A stretch of 64,000 nucleotides of DNA from Octopus bimaculoides. Lineage: Eukaryota. The position numbers and the translations under genes are program-made. Positions within the stretch are counted from its first letter, which is position 1. The number at the start of each line of letters is the position of its first letter. Positions 13,772 to 26,232 of this stretch are shown here, in pieces. The stretch is from NCBI RefSeq assembly GCF_001194135.2, contig NC_068987.1:32089050-32153049 (forward strand), read 5' to 3'. The notes below the pieces were generated by a model. The model saw only the letters and a program-made list of their open reading frames with translations. It was not told where the DNA came from and searched no databases.

Positions 13772-13773
<2 letters not shown>
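12601..13773 (+). mobile_element. Near-complete defective Tc1-family transposon with DD36E-type spacing
   Basis: Left TIR remnant taatggaaacacct (rest in gap), right TIR aggtgtttccattattttgtccaactctg next to (TA)n; transposase 12755-13722 with HTH, FSDE, FQDD, WPPQSPDLNII; stop, frameshifts and a deletion. Confidence 0.92.

Positions 13774-13774
<1 letters not shown>

Positions 13775-13831
<57 letters not shown>
13775..13831. repeat. (TA)n microsatellite, one of many; most N gaps abut such repeats
   Basis: Pure TA run directly after the Tc1 TIR; similar runs at about 9295, 16325, 18003, 26958, 52675, 53413, 57467 and 59030. Confidence 0.95.
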
Positions 13832-13832
<1 letters not shown>

Positions 13833-14394
13833 CCCTGAAACTCGAGTCGCCTTTATATTTTTATATTTATATATTTGATCCTTTATATTGAACACTCAAT
13901 ATTTCATCTACATTCAATACTTTCTTTCATGGTGCCATCCATTTTTATTTTATTTTATTTTATACTATATATTGTATATTATATTATATATTGTATATTC
14001 CATATTCTATACCCCACATTGGTTCTGCAGGAATATAAATAAAACATAAAAAACAGACAGTGTTGGAACTCTTTTAAACAAAATAATATATATATATATA
14101 TATGACAATAAGCATTCGAGTAATTAAAATTACCTATTCTAAACTTAGATTAACGTGGTTAAGGCTTTCACAGACACGTGTACTCTTATTGTAATTCGCA
14201 GGCTAACCGATACGAGGTAAAATTCGATCTTTGAATTACAGTACATCTAATGGGTTTCCATAAATTTTCCATCTATCCAATTATACCACCAAGACACCGC
14301 CTAATGGAATCAAAACTAGAATTTCAAGACTGAGAAGCGAACTTAGTTACTGCTCGTCAGTGCCTACCCTAGAATTGAATGGATTATTTCTGCA

Positions 14395-14600
14395 AAAGGC
14401 ACAAGGCCTGAAATGAGGTGGGGACGGGGGCAAGTCGATTACATCAACTCCCAGTATTTGGCTGCTACTTAATTTATCGATTCTGAAAGGTTAAGTCGAC
14501 CTTATCGACATTTTAAACTCAGAACGTAAAGACGGGCGAAATGCCGGTAAGCATTTTGTCCGGCGTGATGAAGATTCTGTCAGCAAGCTACCTTTAAATT
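14395..14600 (-). mobile_element. SINE family C copy
   Basis: ggcacaaggcc...caagtcgattacatc...ttatcgattctgaaagg...actcagaacgtaaagacgg. Confidence 0.75.
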
Positions 14601-14790
14601 TGAAAGGATTACAGTGTAACACGAATTTTGTCCTTGTGTAGCAACTATTTACTTAACACTAGAAAGTATGAAAAATGGCTAGTATTTCCTTCAAACTTTG
14701 TTATATTTATTTAAACCTCAAAGTATCCTTATCAACACATGGCCATGATGCTTCCCCAACTCCTGCTTATGATCAGAAATGCACATGTTG

Positions 14791-15213
14791 TCAATCACTA
14801 ATTGACATGCCCAAGTGGTGAAGGTCAAGCAACTGACCAGCAAATCTGTGGTATTGAGCAGAATATTTGCTGTAATGATATTTCTGCTTCAACAACTCAG
14901 AGCTGAAATGTATTGGAAAATAGGTCAGTTTCAAAACATTGATGTCCAGGTGACAAAAGTAAAGATTGAAGGGAATAGTAGACATTTCCTTTGATTTCTT
15001 GATAGAAGCAAATAGGAAATAATACTTACAGACCAAAGACTATAAGGAAAAAAAAAAAAAAAAGAAATGACACAGAGTTATTAAACGAAAAAAATTGTTT
15101 GGATGGAATAAGGACAACATTAATCTTGGCGGCATTTAACTTACAGGAACATAATCAAAGGTGTTTCGTTCAGCGTTCAGGTCTTCAATGATGGCAGTAA
15201 AAATTGTTGTCAT
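14791..15213 (-). other. Candidate divergent spliced transcript/ORF (exon 15213-15145, intron 15144-15040, exon from 15039)
   Basis: gccATG at 15213; GTAAGT donor; 105-nt intron ending (T)n-CCTTATAG; spliced frame stays open to TGA at 14791 (105 aa); no recognisable homology. Confidence 0.3.
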
Positions 15214-15930
15214 GGCACTTGACCACGATTTTTGTTGCAGTAAGGTACAATATCGAGCCATAGGAGGAAATCAAAGTCAATTCTGACTGGATTTAATCCC
15301 AGAATATTAAGGGACGTAACTAAATATTACAAAAAATTTTACTTCAAATCCTCCCGCAACCTCATGTTTAGCCCTGGGTCAATTTGATTAAGCAAATCAT
15401 TATCAAAATTATTCTAGCCACGACCATCCCGTTTTTGTAGAATGTAGGAATACATTGTCTAATGTCCCTTCCCTGTTTAAGATGATCTGGTTCAAGTTGA
15501 GTGAGATTAACTGTTGTTTCTGACACTTCGAGCGACCACATAGGGGCTCTGACGCCAAGTCTAAAGATGATTACGACGATGATGATGAAGATTATGAAGA
15601 AGTTGAAATTTTAACTATTCTTTATGAAAAAAGTATCGAGGAGATGAGAGAGAAGGTGCAGTTGTTTGAGTAGACAAAGAATTAAAAATGATGACTATCC
15701 TATTTTTTTTCTTTAGATTAAGTATATTTAAAATCATATCTAATGTACCATTCACTAAGTGTAATTTCAGAGTCGATTTGGGTACTATGTATAACTGAAC
15801 AAATGTCTACATAAAGACTTTCCTCATAGCCTCATCCTGTCATTAATTTAGACATTGTATAACTAGGACTAATATTAATTTTAAGGGAAATTTCACTGCG
15901 CTGTTTAGCATTGCCAAGTACAAGCACAAT

Positions 15931-16050
15931 GATTGGATGGCGGGAGGGAAAGTGATGTTTTTTTAAAGGGGAGACAACTGATGGGTCGTTGAAGAACTGT
16001 GTGACGCCACCTAGTGGCCATCATGATAAGTTAGAGCTAACGCCATTTTG
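15931..16050 (+). promoter_or_regulatory. Putative U2AF2 promoter: inverted CCAAT, GC box, CTCF-like motif, YY1 motif
   Basis: GATTGG 15931-15936; GGCGGGAGGG 15939-15948; reverse complement of 16003-16020 = TGGCCACTAGGTGGCGTC (CTCF consensus); CGCCATTTTG 16041-16050 (YY1), 127 nt upstream of the ATG. Confidence 0.6.
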
Positions 16051-16176
16051 TAACTTTGTATCACTGAACTATTTATTGTTGCTTAAAGTTATATTAATTA
16101 GATAGTTTATTGTGAAAAAGGATATTTTTATTTCATTGAAAAACATATATCACATTAGTAACAATCTAACACAACA

Positions 16177-16234
16177 ATGACAGACGCTGAATACCTCGAA
16201 TTTGAACGACAGATTGCTGAAAACCGGGCAGCAG
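16177..16234 (+). CDS. U2AF2: U2AF2 coding exon 1 (MTDAEYLEFERQIAENRAA, phase 1)
   Basis: ATG at 16177; EFERQxxEN matches the U2AF65 N-terminus (human MSDFDEFERQLNEN); donor CAG|GTAATC at 16235. Confidence 0.9.
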
Positions 16235-16323
16235 GTAATCGTTGTTTGGCCATGTACATTTGTGTTTGTGTGTGCGTGCGTGTTCTTTATCTCTCTTCAA
16301 GTCTTTATGTGATGTGCGTTGTG

Positions 16324-16370
<47 letters not shown>

Positions 16371-18002
16371 ATATATATATTGTGTGTGTATATATATATT
16401 GTGTGTGTATATATATATGTGTATATATATATGTGTGTGTGTATATATANNNNNNNNNNGTGTGTATGCATGCATGCGTGTGATTGCTCTCCTATATAGT
16501 GTGTATGTGTCGATTTAGATCTTTCTCTATATATATATATAGAGAGAGAGAGACAGACGGGCATATGCACACAGAAATATAGAAAGATGACTAGAATGTC
16601 TTGGAAAATTCATGTCTTCAATGGTTTTTAAACTAATTCCAAGTCAGACCTAACTGAGCGGAAGAATTATCTTCCACTTATAATCATTCTGCCGCCTTTC
16701 ATTCAGACATATTGTCTATAGGACGGCATTATCCCAATCTGCATTTATCCAATAGATTTGAGGGCAAATTTAGGTATTATCTTTATCAAGTCTACCGACC
16801 ACGTAACAGCAGTTGCACTAGCTCATTTCTAAATAATATATATATATATTATTCAGAAATGAGGTAGCGCAATATATATATATATATATATATATGCACA
16901 TCACATACACACGTGCACGCGCGCAATGTGTCCAGAACTTTTATGTTTAAAATAAAGAAAATTTTTAATTCAAAGTGAAATTTCTAAAATGTTTCATGTA
17001 TTTTTGTTATCCGGCCTTAAAACAATAAAATCTAATAATATAGGCATCCCTTCGATATTCGTTTACACTGTACAGTGTCGGTGTGAAGAGACGACGTCAT
17101 AAGGTTTTCGAAACTCTCCCTCTCTCTCTGTATATGTATGTATATATATATNNNNNNNNNNNNNNNNNNNNNNNNNNNNNNNNNNNNNNNNNNNNNNNNN
17201 NNNNNNNNNNNNNNNNNNNNNNNNNNNNNNNNNNNNNNNNNNNNNNNNNNNNNNNNNNNNNNNNNNNNNNNNNNNNNNNNNNNNNNNNNNNNNNNNNNNN
17301 NNNNNNNNNNNNNNNNNNNNNNNNNNNNNNNNNNNNNNNNNNNNNNNNNNNNNNNNNNNNNNNNNNNNNNNNNNNNNNNNNNNNNNNNNNNNNNNNNNNN
17401 NNNNNNNNNNNNNNNNNNNNNNNNNNNNNNNNNNNNNNNNNNNNNNNNNNNNNNNNNNNNNNNNNNNNNNNNNNNNNNNNNNNNNNNNNNNNNNNNNNNN
17501 NNNNNNNNNNNNNNNNNNNNNNNNNNNNNNNNNNNNNNNNNNNNNNNNNNNNNNNNNNNNNNNNNNNNNNNNNNNNNNNNNNNNNNNNNNNNNNNNNNNN
17601 NNNNNNNNNNNNNNNNNNNNNNNNNNNNNNNNNNNNNNNNNNNNNNNNNNNNNNNNNNNNNNNNNNNNNNNNNNNNNNNNNNNNNNNNNNNNNNNNNNNN
17701 NNNNNNNNNNNNNNNNNNNNNNNNNNNNNNNNNNNNNNNNNNNNNNNNNNNNNNNNNNNNNNNNNNNNNNNNNNNNNNNNNNNNNNNNNNNNNNNNNNNN
17801 NNNNNNNNNNNNNNNNNNNNNNNNNNNNNNNNNNNNNNNNNNNNNNNNNNNNNNNNNNNNNNNNNNNNNNNNNNNNNNNNNNNNNNNNNNNNNNNNNNNN
17901 NNNNNNNNNNNNNNNNNNNNNNNNNNNNNNNNNNNNNNNNNNNNNNNNNNNNNNNNNNNNNNNNNNNNNNNNNNNNNNNNNNNNNNNNNNNNNNNNNNNN
18001 NN

Positions 18003-18041
<39 letters not shown>

Positions 18042-18309
18042 ATTCGAATGTGTGTGTGTATTATAGCATATGAATTTCAAATGTGAATATTCCCGTCGCT
18101 TTATTGATGTTTGTTTTCCATGATGGATCTTCAATCGAAGTTTAAATTTTTAACTTGGTTTCTATGGCTAGATGACCTTCATATTATCAACCACTTTACA
18201 GGGTGTACCGGGTGCAATTTATCGTGGCACCAACACTTGTGTGGATTGTCATGTCCTTGACGTAACTAAAGACTTCTCTTCACCCCTTTTGTCTCTGCTC
18301 TCTTGTCAG

Positions 18310-18429
18310 CGTCCTGAAAGGAGTTTATAGGGCCAACAACACAAAAGTGAGGTTGTCTTGTGCCATGTAAGATTAGTCTTCAGCCCACTGTTCATTCCCT
18401 AAGGGGTGGTAATAGATGAAACCGGGCAG
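18310..18429 (+). other. Candidate stop-containing (poison) cassette exon in U2AF2 intron 1
   Basis: 31/35 pyrimidine tract then CAG at 18307-18309; donor CAG|GTGAGT; 120 nt; in-frame TGA at 18315-18317; all three frames closed. Confidence 0.5.
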
Positions 18430-18885
18430 GTGAGTAGGAAAGATCAGAAATGGTGCAAAAAGATCTTTTTGAATTATCTAGTGCGCCAAAAATCCTGCAA
18501 TTTCTTCAGATGCATGTTTAAACATTGCAGATTACTATTCGGGAGGGTTGGGGGCTTTGTTGGAAGTGAGTTCGTCTCCGTTTTTCTTTCTTTTTTTTTT
18601 TTTTTTTTNNNNNNNNNNNNNNNNNNNNNNNNNNNNNNNNNNNNNNNNNNNNNNNNNNNNNNNNNNNNNNNNNNNNNNNNNNNNNNNNNNNNNNNNNNNN
18701 NNNNNNNNNNNNNNNNNNNNNNNNNNNNNNNNNNNNNNNNNNNNNNNNNNNNNNNNNNNNNNNNNNNNNNNNNNNNNNNNNNNNNNNNNNNNNNNNNNNN
18801 NNNNNNNNNNNNNNNNNNNNNNNNNNNNNNNNNNNNNNNNNNNNNNNNNNNNNNNNNNNNNNNNNNNNNNNNNNNNNNNNNNNNN

Positions 18886-19277
18886 TAGAACAGAAAAAAA
18901 TTTTTGTATTCGAATTTATTTCATGTAAAAAATTGTCTTATTTCGATAATTTCTACTAATCACTGACGTCTATTCAGCGTAATTTATTATATAAACAATA
19001 TATGCGTATAAATTACGATTAAACCGGATGAAATATGTCACAGGGAATAACATTCTTATGACCGTCCAGCAGTAACTCTATTCAGCTGAATAGACGTCAG
19101 TGATTGGTTGAAATTACAGAAATACGACAACTTTAATATGGAATAACTTGCGATGTACGTTTTTTTGTTAAGAAGACTAAGAGTAAAAGATGTTTTATAT
19201 GACACATTCTACCAGTGTCCCAACTTTCATAGTGTTTCGTTAAGAAAATACTGGTGCCCCCGTTTTGAAATAGATCC
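18886..19277. mobile_element. Merlin-like MITE family copy, opposite orientation to 8688, left end in a gap
   Basis: Same inverted arms and terminus ...ccccgttttgaaatagatcc. Confidence 0.75.
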
Positions 19278-19956
19278 AATGTTTTTGTGAGTCCTAGCTA
19301 ATTTGTGGCTCTTGGGAATGCCTAAGGTGATTGCTCCTGTGTGTGTATAACATATGCATAGGCATGACCATATGGCTAAGTTCACTTTCCTTCTGGGTTT
19401 ATTCTGTATGCACACTTCTGGTATCATCTACCATATCTGCATGTGAATGAAATTTTGCAGAGGTAAACTAGAAGAAGCTCGTTTGTCTCTGTGAGTGTGT
19501 GTGTGTATATAGATCGATCCCAGTACTCAATTTATCGACCCCGAATATATATAAAATTTAACATTCACTCTTCTATGTTTGCATGTGTCAGACGAAGTTT
19601 ATTTCAAGCATATTTTCCCATTCATCAGTAATATAGAATATGCTTGTATTCTTACTTCATGCAAAGTAAGGCTGTGTACTATTTAAATTTATTTCATTTC
19701 TTCTTGGCTTGTACTTTGTTGTGAACAAATTGTTTAGTAGCTGATTTATGTTATTGCTTGGAAAAGGAAGCTGGATATGTCTCCTGAGGAGCAGTGAGCA
19801 AACTATGAAACAATCTGTCAGGTGACTCCTTGTTTTCTGCACATCGACAGCATAGAAAGAATGCTAACATTCTTTTACCTACAGACAGGCTTTTTAATAT
19901 CTCAGTTTATTTCATTCTTATTTACTTGTGCACAATCTCTCTCTCTCTTTTATCTA

Positions 19957-19984
<28 letters not shown>

Positions 19985-19991
<7 letters not shown>

Positions 19992-20400
19992 TTTACCATC
20001 CATGTTCCATACTGGCATGGGTTGGATGGTTTGACTGGATCTGATGGGTCCAAGGACTGTAGTATGTCCCAGTGTCTGCTTTGGCATGGTTTCTTTGGCT
20101 GCATACCTTCCTTACACCATATCAGTGTATAGAATGTACTAGGTGCTTTCTTCAGATAATCAGCACTAATGAGGTTGCCATGATCATCTACTTTTCCATG
20201 CTTGCAGAGATCAGACTAAGTTCATTCAGGCACATTTTCTACAGATGGATGCTCTTCTTATCCCTGGCTCTAATTTGTTCCCAAGTACAGATATTTCCCG
20301 TAGTCTTCAAATATGACCAGCCCAATGTTGGATATATTTTCACAACAGTTTGCAACCCCATGACACCACTTTTATGGTAGTGACATTTGTTTACAACTGG
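19985..20400 (-). mobile_element. Two decayed RTE-tail SINE/LINE 3' ends
   Basis: Reverse-complement remnants of gaagggcatcca.c.gtagaaa and gcatggaaaagt.ga tail motifs. Confidence 0.5.
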
Positions 20401-23400
20401 TGCATGATATCTAGATAAATGGAGACACACACAAAGGTTAACCTAAGGTTGTAGATAGAAGACTATAGTGGGACTGAACCCAAAACCATAGTTGTGAAGA
20501 GAGAAAGTTTTCCACTTTTTTTAATCATTTGAAGAAGCTAGGAAAAGTTTCAGTGAGTTGGATGGATTCCTCCTGCTTTTAGCAGCAAATTGTCAACATA
20601 GACTTGACTACTGTAAATTACTCCATTCGTGTCATCTCCAAGCACCGTTTTGAGATCGGATCAGTATTGGATACTTTACAGTAATATTAAGTCCTGTGGG
20701 CAATGTAAGCCCAAATGAAAATCCTGTACCACAACCACAAGAGTGACTACACCCCAAGAATATTTTCGTGGCACAATGGATGTTAGTAATTAATGAAAGT
20801 GTGGTTGGAGAGAACAGTGTTAATGGCTGAGGGATGGATAACATGAAGTGGTTCTGGCTACTAAGAAAAGTTGTGTCAAGAAAGAACTGCAATGAGAGAA
20901 GTGATGAGTGGTGGTGCTATATTTGAAGAGGAGCAAAATTGTGTGAAGGGGCCAGTTGTGCATGCAGGCTCCAATGAAGCTCTAAGGCGTTACTTAGGCA
21001 CTCAACTATGAGTCACTGCATCTTATAGCGGAAACAGCTGCAAGCTAATGAAGTTCATAAAATAATCATTTATTCCTTGGTCATCTCTTTTTCGTATATA
21101 GATTCACACACAAGTTCATATATTCAGCTTTACCAGAACTCTGTTTCCCTGAGGTAGGCAATTCTTCTCAAGAACCACATATTGCCAGTAATCCCAACCC
21201 ATTATCATCATCCCTTTCAGGTGCTCCTTTTGAAAATAATACTGAATATCAAGCAGAACTTTCTGTTCAACCTGATATGAGTAAAAACTTATTTTTACTT
21301 TCATGGGCAATCATATAATCTCTGTTAAATNNNNNNNNNNNNNNNNNNNNNNNNNNNNNNNNNNNNNNNNNNNNNNNNNNNNNNNNNNNGAAAAAAAATC
21401 AACCTGTTTAAATGAAAGCTTTAGTTTTCAAAATTCTGAAAACATATTTTTTACTCATGTTAAATCTCATAAAAAAAAACAAAAACAACCAACTCATTTT
21501 CCATAGATCACCGTTTCTGTGCTACTTCTCTCATTACCTGCTGACACCTAAACCTCATTTCTTAATTCTGTTTCATATCTACCATTGATCACTTCCCACC
21601 TTTGTTCACCATTTCATTCAACTCTATGTACCTCTGACCACTTCCATTTCTATCACTATACATCTCACCCTGTCCAACACACATTCTTGCAACCATTATC
21701 CATGAATCCCCACCAATATTCTTTATCTCTCATTTTCCCCCTAATTACTATATTATTCTGTTGTTTTTACTATTGCTATATTGCTTGCCATCAACTCTCC
21801 CCTGACATCCATCCCTCTTATCTCCCCCACAACTTTACCTTTAACCACCCCATTCACTACCTTCATTCTTACTTACATCCCTAAATCAATCTTCCTCTAC
21901 ATTCTTCTGCCTCACACTCTATTCACCTAGTGCTATTTTGTCCTGACGCCTTGTCACCACCATCTTAATCTCTTTTTCCAGCTCAACCCTCAATTACTTC
22001 CACTTATCCTTATATATTGTAAAGTAGCCATGTACTTCCTCTAGAGCAAGAAACGTGTTCCTATTATACTTTAAACTTCTCAGCACCTAGCATAAAGCTG
22101 CTTCCCTCTCTCTTATACTCTCATTCAGTTAAGGGGATGTCTTTAGTCTTGCAAGGTACATGTTGGCTTCACTAGTGCCATAAAAGAAGCATCTCATACA
22201 CTAAGTAGTTGGCATTGGGAAGGGCATTTAGCCATAGAAATCGTTCCAAAGCAGTCATTGGAGCATGGCATAGTTTTCTGACTTGTTGGATCTTGTCAAG
22301 CTGTTCAAGCAATATTACAACTACAAACAGCAATGTATTTTCTATAACCTCTACAGAGACAGTAGCAAAGTCATATAAAAAAGAAATATATTTATTATGT
22401 TAATTGTATTTATTGTTCATAAGTATCAGTTGCTGCTGTTACTTCAGTGTCTCGTATCAAATCATCGCACATACTTCCTAATGACTCAGCTATTTTTAAC
22501 ACTATGGCATAGTTGAATTGGCCTAATTTGTCACTTGAATTCCCAAATTTTGTTTAAGGAGTGGAGTATCATCAATTATATTATTATTGTTAATGGAGAT
22601 CAAGACTAGAAATCTTGGTGGTGGGGAAGGTGTGTCGCAAATTTGATTTGTTCAGTCAATATTGCATGTTTGTAAAGAATTGTAAATATGTGATAAAATA
22701 CTAAATTAACTCTGAAGGATGAAAAGTAAAGTCTTCTTTGGCTGGATTTGGGATCCAAATGTAACGAAATAAGTGTAAAGTACTCTTACATAAATCTACA
22801 GAAGAAAAAAATAGAGTTGATACATTTATGTTTTGACTGAAAGCAGTTATGAAGCTGTTTGATCTGATGATGTGTCCAATTCACATTTGTGGAGGATTAC
22901 TGTCAGTAATTGACATGTTTGGTTATGAAATCAGTATTGGCTTCATTCATACTAATATCAACCTTACTAAAACTCTAAACATCTATATAAGTGTTTAGTA
23001 ATGCCATAGTTATAATAGTGATTCTATGAACAGCTTGATTTTTATTTTATCAACTTAGTGTTAGGCATCTAGTAATTAATGTATGTGGACATTACCTAAT
23101 ATTGATTGTCAAGCCATGATTTTGTGAAAAGAGGATGAAAGTATACCACAATCCCCAAACGGGGATCATTGCCTAACCCACAGGAAAAAGAACCCACATC
23201 ACAGAAGCTGTCCCTCTAAGATAATGACTGCAACCAGAAATCCTACCTGCATCATTGTTGTAATGACCTGCTTCATGTTCTAACTACACATGATGCTACA
23301 ACTTCATTTCTTAACTTTTCAAACACTCATCCTAGACATGCACAGCTTCCATTATGGAGACCTCAAATAACTTGCAAGACATGGCATAACTTAGTTACTT

Positions 23401-24839
23401 TCAGCTCATATCAAAGAAGTAACCTTCCATTATATTGTTACTATAAATGAACAATACACTTTTTAATCTGTCAAGGTGTCCTCACATGTATATTATAGCT
23501 TTGTTAAAGCTGCATCCCAGTCCAAAGATTTGTTTCCTGAAAGTATTCCAGGTCTGTTCAGCTGCTGAATGTCTACGTAGTTCATACAACCCATAGTGGG
23601 CTATGCACTAGTTATTATATTACAATTCCTTTTATTCTTGTGAATGATGAGATGCTGTGCTAGAGAAAACCTGTGCAGTGCATGCAGGCACAGAAAAGCA
23701 GATGTAGAAAAATGGTGGTTGTAATGAACTAGCGAGTTGTATATCATGTCCACCTGGACAGTCTATTTCATTGTATTTTTATGTATATGAAGTGCTGGAC
23801 AGGTGGTTTGCTCCTAAACATTCAGTTAGCTGCCTGTGCTACTTGACCACACCACTGCTATCAGCAATAGCAGCAATAATATCACCATCAATAAAAAGGC
23901 AACAAGCTGCTTATATACTTGCCACTTAAAACAAATTTTCCATCAAATAAATCCCTCAGTTGCTTGACCTGTTTAAAATTTCAGAAAGAAAAGTTAAAAC
24001 ATTGAAGTTATGGGCTATCACTGAATTGCCATTCTACTCTGCTATTGTGTACTTGGATATAAACTTGCTGTTGTGAAAAAAGTTGACAAAATTATTAAGT
24101 TTCACCACTGTTTTAGACAATGTATGTTGAGCAGATGAGATTCCTGCTGGCTATATGTGAAGTCTGCCTATTAGTGTAATTCTATTAGGTTGGAATTGAC
24201 ACTAAAATACTTTCTGTTGTAACATGCATCAATTTAACTTCAATGAAAATGCAAAATGCATTAGTTATTTTGTCTGTACTTCTATACTTTTGCTTTCTAT
24301 TATGATCTCTGTTTTACTTTTTCTCTATTATTAAGCTTGTGCTATTCAGAGAGCACTTTTTATGGAGTTGGGTGAGCTGGTTAGAAAATGGGTTAATGAT
24401 GTCTGATGATAACTTAACCACAGTTGATTTGTAAAAAATAATAGTAATAATAAAAAATTTAAAAAATAAAAAAAGAACAACCATCCTTTTAGCATTGTAC
24501 ATTATCCAGTAATAATTCTAAATTTTAGGTGTTTAACTTGAACAAAAACAACTAGGATAAATCACAGGCCTGTATTGGCATGAAGAAGAAGAATTCTAAG
24601 CCTTAAATATGATAGTTATGTTAGTGTAACAAGGGGAAAACAATATATTTCAGGCTGTTGAAAATCAGTGACTATTTTGTTATGCTCATCAGGCTTTTTG
24701 GCATCAACATTATTCCAGTTAAATCTAGTCATGGTTTTTGAACTGCTTTGTGTGCATTTATGTATGTGACTGTGCATATTATGTGTGTATATATTTGTAT
24801 GTATATCTGTATGTATATATATATATATATGTATATGCA

Positions 24840-24870
<31 letters not shown>

Positions 24871-24994
24871 GTATATATCTGCCCTCCATGTATATATGTG
24901 TGTATATCTACTACATGTGGAAAATCAGTGTGCATTTGTTTGTGGTGGTGTTATCTAACTCCTACATCGTTTTATTGATTTTGATGAAACTTAT

Positions 24995-25400
24995 GTGAGT
25001 AGAACTCATGTCTGGAAACCTTGTAACATACTTAGATTTTGTTGAAAAAAAATCAATAATATGGCCCCTGGAAGGGGCCTAATATAGCTAAATTTTTTTA
25101 AACACTTAAGGGAAATAACTCATAGCATCTGTCCAATTTTTTTTTAAACACATGGGAAATAACCCATTTCATTTTGTATATTCGATTACTTTGAATATTG
25201 ATTTTTTGTGTGTCCTATTTCTAATTTTTGCAGACAATATTACTTTTATACCTTAACACGTGAGTAGAACTCATGTCTGGAGACCTCGTGACATAGATTG
25301 TTGAAAAAAAAAAATCGAAAATAGGGCCCTTTCAATGGATCCTTCTATCTACTACATATTATTAATATTTCATTTAAACAACCCAAGGGAAATAACCCAT
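24995..25400. repeat. Imperfect direct duplication (about 80-bp core at 24995 and 25260)
   Basis: gtgagtagaactcatgtctgga.acct.gt.acata...gattgttgaaaaaaa occurs twice; gggaaataac.cat occurs three times. Confidence 0.75.
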
Positions 25401-26232
25401 ACCACCTGCAGATTTTAGCAAAGTAATCAATATTTGATTCTCACAATCATCCGGCCTAATGCTGCATTTCACTACTGACAGTTTTGAACTGCTAAACATT
25501 GTTATTTGAATCTAAAACCGTTAAAGACTTCATTCATACATTTCTTGAATGCCCATTACTCCGATAATTCTGCATTTTTAGTGACACTTTTTCCATGACA
25601 GTAGATAATTTTTTTATTCCACAATGTATTTGTAGTGATTTCATGCAGGCATAGTGTTTATTCGATCCTCGATTCCCAAATTTCACTTATCACTTCAACA
25701 GCGCTTTTCTCAGTAAAACAATAGTTTTTATGTGAATGACAGCAGTTATACATTTCCCAGATGCCTTCGCTAAGCAGAATAATGTCTTTGCCTCTCGCCA
25801 ACCTCCAACAATCTCTGTCACCAACCTCCGACGATTTTTCTCGCCAACCTCCACAATCTCTCCCTCCTCCAGCTGTCAGTTTTTTATACTTTTTCGTGTT
25901 GGAAAATACCCCTTTTGTGGCAATTATAACAAAATTGCTTTCTTATATCATAGTAATAAGGCGTTTCAATAAAACATCTTTACCCCCAGGATATATATAT
26001 ATATATATAAATATATACACGTACAGACACATTTGAAACTCATATAAGTACCAATTCATGAAACTCTTGGCCCTTCCCTTGAGTTACTCTGCTAGTTGAG
26101 TGGACTTGAGCAACATAAACTGAAGTGTTTTGCCCAAGAACACAGTGCATTTCCTGGTCCAGGAATCGAAACCACAATCATGATTTCAACACCCTAACCA
26201 CTAAGTCATGCACACACACACACACACACACA

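Noticed and set aside
14870-14895. In-frame TGT-TGA on the minus strand as a possible selenocysteine (CU) motif in the divergent transcript
   Set aside because: No selenoprotein homology and no SECIS element identified; too speculative.
25736-26036. Pro/Ser-rich ORFs near 25.8 kb
   Set aside because: Explained by a short internal duplication (ctcgccaacctcc..caatctct twice); no splice or homology support.
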